This document shows positions 34,149 through 38,681 of a DNA stretch of 38,681 nucleotides, in pieces; the stretch's first letter is position 1; every line of letters begins with the position of its first letter. The stretch covers positions 1-38,681 of IMG/VR virus record IMGVR_UViG_3300024331_000159; one strand, 5' to 3'. The position numbers and the translations under genes are program-made. Origin of the DNA: a virus (Duplodnaviria; Caudoviricetes). A model generated the notes under the pieces. It was given only the letters and a program-made list of their open reading frames with translations, was not told the DNA's origin and did not search any database.

Positions 34149-35902
34149 AGCGTTAGCACGCCTCGGGTTTCATAAACTGATTTCGCCTTCGGCGGGCTTG
34201 CGATGGTTCGGCCGAGCGCCATGATCAGCGCGACCATGCCGTCGATTTTTGCCGCGTGCGCTTTCTTCACCGGCCGCTTGTTCCCGTTATTGTCTTCCTT
34301 CACGACCAGGTTCGAAGCCATCCACCGGAGCACTGGATTTCCGAGATGCGCGATCCGCTTCCCAGGAATCATCGTTTCGAGCAAGCGCTTCGTCGGCTCG
34401 GCGAACATGGCGACGGTCTGCGGGAACTTCACCAGCCGATCGACGTGGATGCCTTCCTTCTGGAGGTCGTTCGCGAATTGCGTGGCGTTCCAGGGATCGA
34501 AGGTGATTTCCTTGACGTCGTAGCGCTTACAGTCATCGAGGACTTGGGACTTGATCTCGTCATAGTCGATGACGTCGCCAGAGGTCAGCCGGAGGAATCC
34601 TTCCCGCGCCCAGACGTCATACGCCGCCTGGTGAGATCGCCACTTGTCCATCATTTCCTCGACGTTATCCTGCGGCAGCCAGAAATCCGGGATGCAGATG
34701 AAAGGCTCTTCTTCGGATTCGGGCGGGAAGAGTTTCATCGATGACGCGATGTCCTGTGTCGAAGAAAGGTCCAGGGCGACGATGCAGGGTCGGCGTTCTA
34801 GTTCCTGCAGCATCCGGTCGCGCAGGACTTTGGCGTCGATTCCCTTTAGCGAGAACCCGACGCACTGATTCCACTGCTCGATCTTGATCGCCGCGTGCTC
34901 CTGATTGGTCCAGACATTCAGATGCAGCCGCAGGAAACCGTTCAGGGATGATGGCTGCTGGTCGGCCTTGCGCGCGCCCTCCCGTAGGGTTTGCAACTTT
35001 ACCGAAATATCGAGATTTGGATTGGCCTTGATCCAGTTCGCTTCATTGCGCCAATCGTCACCCTCATCGATACAGGCGATAAACGCGAACACGTCGTCGC
35101 CTTCCTTGATTCCCTCGAGGATCGCGACGCTGCGCTCCCGTTCTTCCCAGCAGATAGAGTCGCGGTCGTGGCCCGCGGTGGTGATCTTGAAGATCAGCGG
35201 CTGTCGGCGGGAACCGACCGCGGTCTCCATAACCTGCAGCAGCGCGCGAGACTTGTGAGCGTGGAGCTCGTCGACGATTACCTCGTGCGGATTGAGGCCG
35301 TCAAGAGTGTCGGAATCGGCGCCCAGCGGCTCCATCTTTGAATTCGTCGCCGGAACCGACATGTTGTTCCGCCAGGAATCGATTCTCTTTGCGAGCCCGG
35401 GCGAGGCCTTGCGCATCTTTTCGGCTTCTGCGAAAACCAGCTTAGCTTGGTCCTTCTTCGTCGCCACGCAATAGACTTCCGCGCCCTCTTCGCCGTCGGC
35501 GACCAGGCCGTAAAGCCCGACGCCAGAGCAAAGCGTAGATTTGCCGTTCTTGCGGGCGATTTCGATATAAGCGGACCGGAACCGGCGCGTCCCGTCGGCG
35601 CGCTTCCAGCCGTAGAGCACCCAAAGGATGAATTTTTGCCAGGGTTCGAGCTTGAATTCCTCTTTGGCGAATTCGCCCTTGCTGTGACGCAGCAAGGAAA
35701 AGAAATCGAGCACATCCTGGCCGGCGGACGGATCGAACCACAGCCCGCGGCGGTGAGCTTCCTTCAGGTCCCGCAAATGCCGTTTCGCGGCCAGGCGCAC
35801 AAACTTCGAGCAGACCAGGTCGCCGCCAGCGGCCGCGCGCGCATAAATCTCGGCCGGGTGCGAAGTTACCGTGTTGCTTTTGCGTTCGATCTTCTTAGTC
35901 AT
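34145..35902 (-). CDS. terL: Terminase large subunit
   Basis: LEPWQ, IARKNGKS Walker A, IVDELH Walker B, ITTAG, LDLS, KIDG. Confidence 0.98.
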   Translation of the reverse strand: MTKKIERKSNTVTSHPAEIYARAAAGGDLVCSKFVRLAAKRHLRDLKEAHRRGLWFDPSAGQDVLDFFSLLRHSKGEFAKEEFKLEPWQKFILWVLYGWKRADGTRRFRSAYIEIARKNGKSTLCSGVGLYGLVADGEEGAEVYCVATKKDQAKLVFAEAEKMRKASPGLAKRIDSWRNNMSVPATNSKMEPLGADSDTLDGLNPHEVIVDELHAHKSRALLQVMETAVGSRRQPLIFKITTAGHDRDSICWEERERSVAILEGIKEGDDVFAFIACIDEGDDWRNEANWIKANPNLDISVKLQTLREGARKADQQPSSLNGFLRLHLNVWTNQEHAAIKIEQWNQCVGFSLKGIDAKVLRDRMLQELERRPCIVALDLSSTQDIASSMKLFPPESEEEPFICIPDFWLPQDNVEEMMDKWRSHQAAYDVWAREGFLRLTSGDVIDYDEIKSQVLDDCKRYDVKEITFDPWNATQFANDLQKEGIHVDRLVKFPQTVAMFAEPTKRLLETMIPGKRIAHLGNPVLRWMASNLVVKEDNNGNKRPVKKAHAAKIDGMVALIMALGRTIASPPKAKSVYETRGVLTL

Positions 35903-36242
35903 TCGGAATGGCGGGCAATTCCTTTTGTAGCCAGGGAACCATCGAAATGACCTTGTCGAACACGGAATCCGAGAACCATCCGAGAATCCCGGCCATTGCT
36001 ACCTGGGTTGCCAGTGTTGGCATGAGCTTTTCGAGATTTGCGATCGATGGGTTATTCCAGAGCAGAACGAAGGTAAGCGTGGTGAGGAAGAGGCGGCAAA
36101 TCAGAGGCACCCAGCGCAGCGCGAAATAGCCACGGAGCGAGCCGACAGCGTTGAGCTTGCTCTTGATCACTAGATTCGCAGCCAGAAGAACGTGCAGCGA
36201 TTGGCCGATGAAATAAAGAATCCAGACCGCCAGATAGCTCAT
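35895..36242 (-). CDS. Three-TM membrane protein, holin-like (115 aa)
   Basis: ATGA overlap at 36239-36242; three hydrophobic segments; AGILGWFSDSV. Confidence 0.65.
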   Translation of the reverse strand: MSYLAVWILYFIGQSLHVLLAANLVIKSKLNAVGSLRGYFALRWVPLICRLFLTTLTFVLLWNNPSIANLEKLMPTLATQVAMAGILGWFSDSVFDKVISMVPWLQKELPAIPND

Positions 36243-36688
36243 GGTGCGATGTACCCCGTCAAAGTGGCTCCGAAAGCTGTCGCTGCTGATGGCCGAACGC
36301 AAATCGCGTTGGCTGCAGTCGGTACGAGCGGCGAGATCAGATCCACATCGATCAGCTGCGGCGAAGTAGTCGTGGCGTTCGTGCCCATCTGAAATTTGTG
36401 GGTCAATGCGGTTGTGCCGGTCCCGCAATTCGTACTCGTGCCAAAAACAACATCAAGCGTCTGAACGGTCGCGGCCTGGTTTGAAAGCGCGATGTCGGTG
36501 ACGTAAGCCCGAAGCCCAGATGCAGGAGCCGCCTGGCACTGCGTGGTGACGGTTGCGGCCTGAACGAGGCAACTGAATTTTGTGACCGGTGCGGAGACGT
36601 TCGACTGACCGTAAACGGCATACGAGTAAAGCCCCAGAGTTACTACAGCCGCCAGGGCCAGCAATAACAGTCCGGAAAAACGTCTCAT
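36239..36688 (-). CDS. Signal-peptide beta-sandwich protein (149 aa)
   Basis: MRRFSGLLLLALAAVVTLGLYSYAVYG|Q; four Cys; ATGA overlap. Confidence 0.8.
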   Translation of the reverse strand: MRRFSGLLLLALAAVVTLGLYSYAVYGQSNVSAPVTKFSCLVQAATVTTQCQAAPASGLRAYVTDIALSNQAATVQTLDVVFGTSTNCGTGTTALTHKFQMGTNATTTSPQLIDVDLISPLVPTAANAICVRPSAATAFGATLTGYIAP

Positions 36689-37347
36689 TGATACCCGATG
36701 GCTCCGCCCGTGACGCCTGCACCGGAGGCCGTCCACTTCACGCCGCTGGTGAATGCCATGCCGTAGAGCGGCTGAATCAGCTGAGAGTTCGCGGGAATCG
36801 AGAATGTCAGAACGTCATTGATCGGTGTGCCGGCGTTGTCCGTGACTGTGACTGTGAGGGATGCGCCGGTGGTGTTGTTCATCACGATGGCGACCACGCA
36901 GGTCGTCGCCGAGAAAACCACCGTGGCGGAAGTTGGAACCGCCGCAAGTGCCTGAGACGCGACCGTGTTGCCGCAAGCGGTCTTTGGAACGGTATTGACG
37001 GTGCCGCTTACTGGCTGAGTCGCTTGCCAAAACGTACCGCTGACCGGTTGAATCGCCTGGAAGAATGCTCCAGAGACAGGCTGCGTCACCGCGGAGCCGT
37101 CTACTTTCAGCGCCCCACCTGCGGAAACCGTTGCCAGGTTCGTGCCAGCGGAATCGACCAGCTTTGTTTTCTGCGAGCCGCTCGTCAGCGTTGCATCCAG
37201 CGCCAGCCCGTTGGTTGTTCCGATGTTCGCCGTGACCGTGCTGCCAGGCCCGCCGGACTGCTGTAGCTGGGCGCTGCCAACCAGGGCGACGCAGACAATC
37301 AAAACCAGAGCGGCCAAAAGCGGTCGCCCGAATCTGTTCAATATCAT
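36685..37347 (-). CDS. Signal-peptide fibre-like protein with QPVSG repeats (220 aa)
   Basis: GAGGAG RBS; RPLLAALVLIVCVALVGSA|Q; three (T/I)QPVSG repeats; beta-rich tip. Confidence 0.8.
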   Translation of the reverse strand: MILNRFGRPLLAALVLIVCVALVGSAQLQQSGGPGSTVTANIGTTNGLALDATLTSGSQKTKLVDSAGTNLATVSAGGALKVDGSAVTQPVSGAFFQAIQPVSGTFWQATQPVSGTVNTVPKTACGNTVASQALAAVPTSATVVFSATTCVVAIVMNNTTGASLTVTVTDNAGTPINDVLTFSIPANSQLIQPLYGMAFTSGVKWTASGAGVTGGAIGYQ

Positions 37348-37360
37348 GGCTTGGGTCTCC

Positions 37361-37669
37361 TCAGATAAATTCAACGATCACGTCGAACGTGCATGGCCCA
37401 GGGTCATCTACTTTCAAATATGTGACGATGTCGCCTTCGCCGAACCGCGACATGCTCACGCCCTGGTGCGGGGCGATGAGTCCGTATCCGATTCCCTGCG
37501 CCATTCGATACCAGGCTGATGTGTTTCCTGGACATGAACTTCGAAGCAGGGCTTTCCCATTCTCAGTTCCGAGGATCGCGAAATAGGAACAAGCTGCGGG
37601 AGCAACGATCGCCGTATAGTCGTCGGTCGAGACAGTGAAGCGCCGAATCTTTGCTTGGCATTCAGACAT
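37361..37669 (-). CDS. Hypothetical protein (102 aa)
   Basis: TAAATG junction with terS; fills the gap. Confidence 0.7.
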   Translation of the reverse strand: MSECQAKIRRFTVSTDDYTAIVAPAACSYFAILGTENGKALLRSSCPGNTSAWYRMAQGIGYGLIAPHQGVSMSRFGEGDIVTYLKVDDPGPCTFDVIVEFI

Positions 37670-38197
37670 TTAATTGACGACGTGCCTGGCATTGGTCTTT
37701 TTCTGAAAATAAAGATCGGCCGGATCCGGATTCTTGGGTTTTTCAACATGGAGTTTGCTCCGCGATGCCGGCGTCATTCCGAACTCGATCAGAAAAGACT
37801 TCTTCGTCTTCAAGGCCTCATTGGCGATGGCGACGGCAGGATTCTTTTCGGTGATGTAGGCGACGATCGTGCCTTCTTCCGCAGTTCCCTTCCGGCCCAT
37901 GATCGGCGTCTTCAGCAGAATGCCGAACTGCTTGATCTCCTCATTCGCACGCATCCAAATGTCGAACGCGTAGCAATAGCCGGCCAGTGCTGATCGATCG
38001 ACCGGCGTTAGGACGCCCATCTTCTTCAGGTGCGGCACCATCGCGTCCCATTCCTTCTTTGCCGCGTCGGACAGGCCGACTGGCATTTCAGGATCGCCCA
38101 CTTCGATCTGTGGTTCGTTCAGGTTCTGCGGCCGCTTGCCAGGATTGCCGCGCAGGTCCTTCACCGCGGTCGGAAGTGGACGGCGACCTCTAGCCAT
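37670..38197 (-). CDS. terS: Terminase small subunit, P27 family
   Basis: GRRPLPTAVKDLRGNPGKR, LAGYC, KNPAV, EFGMTPASR. Confidence 0.95.
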   Translation of the reverse strand: MARGRRPLPTAVKDLRGNPGKRPQNLNEPQIEVGDPEMPVGLSDAAKKEWDAMVPHLKKMGVLTPVDRSALAGYCYAFDIWMRANEEIKQFGILLKTPIMGRKGTAEEGTIVAYITEKNPAVAIANEALKTKKSFLIEFGMTPASRSKLHVEKPKNPDPADLYFQKKTNARHVVN

Positions 38198-38591
38198 TCG
38201 ACGAGCCAGCATCATGCTGAGAGACGAGAGTCGCGAGAGTTGTGCGCGTGTCGACGCCTAAGACGGCGGCAACGTTCCGCGCCCAATTAGGATCGCCAGA
38301 CCACTTCAGAGCGACTTCCATCACTGTCAGATCAAGGGTGTAAGTGTGTGAAGCACCTGAGAGCATCCGGCGAACTTTTTTATAGAGAGCGCCCCATCCA
38401 TCGGTTGGCGTAGCATAAATCGTAATCTTCGCGCCGTGCGCGCCGTGCGTTTGCACGAATCCATGACCGACGTCGCCATCATCGGTGAGGTTGCCAGGAT
38501 TATTTGCGCACAAAGTCGGCCCTGGCTTGCCAAAACCTTCGGCCTCTGCGATCGCTTTGCAGAATTTCTCGATCAGAACTGTCGAAACCAT
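38190..38591 (-). CDS. Lysozyme-like cell-wall hydrolase (endolysin candidate)
   Basis: AIAEAEG, NNPGNL, YATPTDGWGAL, NWARNV motifs. Confidence 0.65.
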   Translation of the reverse strand: MVSTVLIEKFCKAIAEAEGFGKPGPTLCANNPGNLTDDGDVGHGFVQTHGAHGAKITIYATPTDGWGALYKKVRRMLSGASHTYTLDLTVMEVALKWSGDPNWARNVAAVLGVDTRTTLATLVSQHDAGSSNG

Positions 38592-38680
38592 TAGATAACC
38601 GTCTTGGTTATTGATTCCATTGTACTTACGGGCGATTTCATGAATTTTTCAAATACGCGGCGGTGTATCGGGAGGTAAGA
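38591..38680 (-). CDS. Hypothetical protein, 3' end only
   Basis: Open frame ending in a TAATG overlap with the next gene. Confidence 0.4.
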   Translation of the reverse strand, partial: SYLPIHRRVFEKFMKSPVSTMESITKTVI

Positions 38681-38681
38681 G

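Larger units (their letters stand above)
1..38681 (-). mobile_element. Temperate siphovirus-like phage/prophage (partial), HK97-type head, GTA-like tail tip
   Basis: Canonical terminase-portal-protease-capsid-tail gene order plus integrase and methyltransferases; no host housekeeping genes in the window. Confidence 0.97.

Noticed and set aside
1-38681. Stop-codon reassignment or tRNA genes
   Set aside because: Genes have normal lengths under the standard code, both TAA and TAG occur at the in-frame junctions, and no cloverleaf was seen by eye

Overview
A 38.7-kb segment of a GC-rich temperate tailed phage or prophage with almost every gene on the minus strand. No host genes or genome ends are visible, and the host cannot be determined from the sequence. 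In transcription order (right to left): a lysozyme-like gene, terS, four inserted genes (two with signal peptides, one holin-like), terL, and an HK97-type portal, S49 protease and major capsid. Next come head-tail joining genes, tail tube, a frameshifting tail chaperone and tape measure. A GTA-like tail tip follows (DUF2460, DUF2163, NlpC/P60, split megatron-like protein), then three signal-peptide-bearing fibre-like genes, a plus-strand moron and lysis-like membrane genes. An AT-rich promoter region precedes an early operon: HTH/RHH regulators, a 7-TM protein, micro-membrane proteins, a truncated gene, a tyrosine integrase, an (AAAY)n repeat protein and two DNA methyltransferases. Three observations stand out. 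(1) Two directly repeated composite att-like sites, each an inverted core plus GTGCCA arm repeats at identical spacing, bracket the methyltransferase pair downstream of the integrase. (2) The C5 methyltransferase locus is dual-coded over its whole 1.2 kb from overlapping GTG starts behind one RBS. (3) Five virion-like proteins carry Sec-type signal peptides and several cysteines. All family assignments come from motif recognition and synteny; no searches were run.
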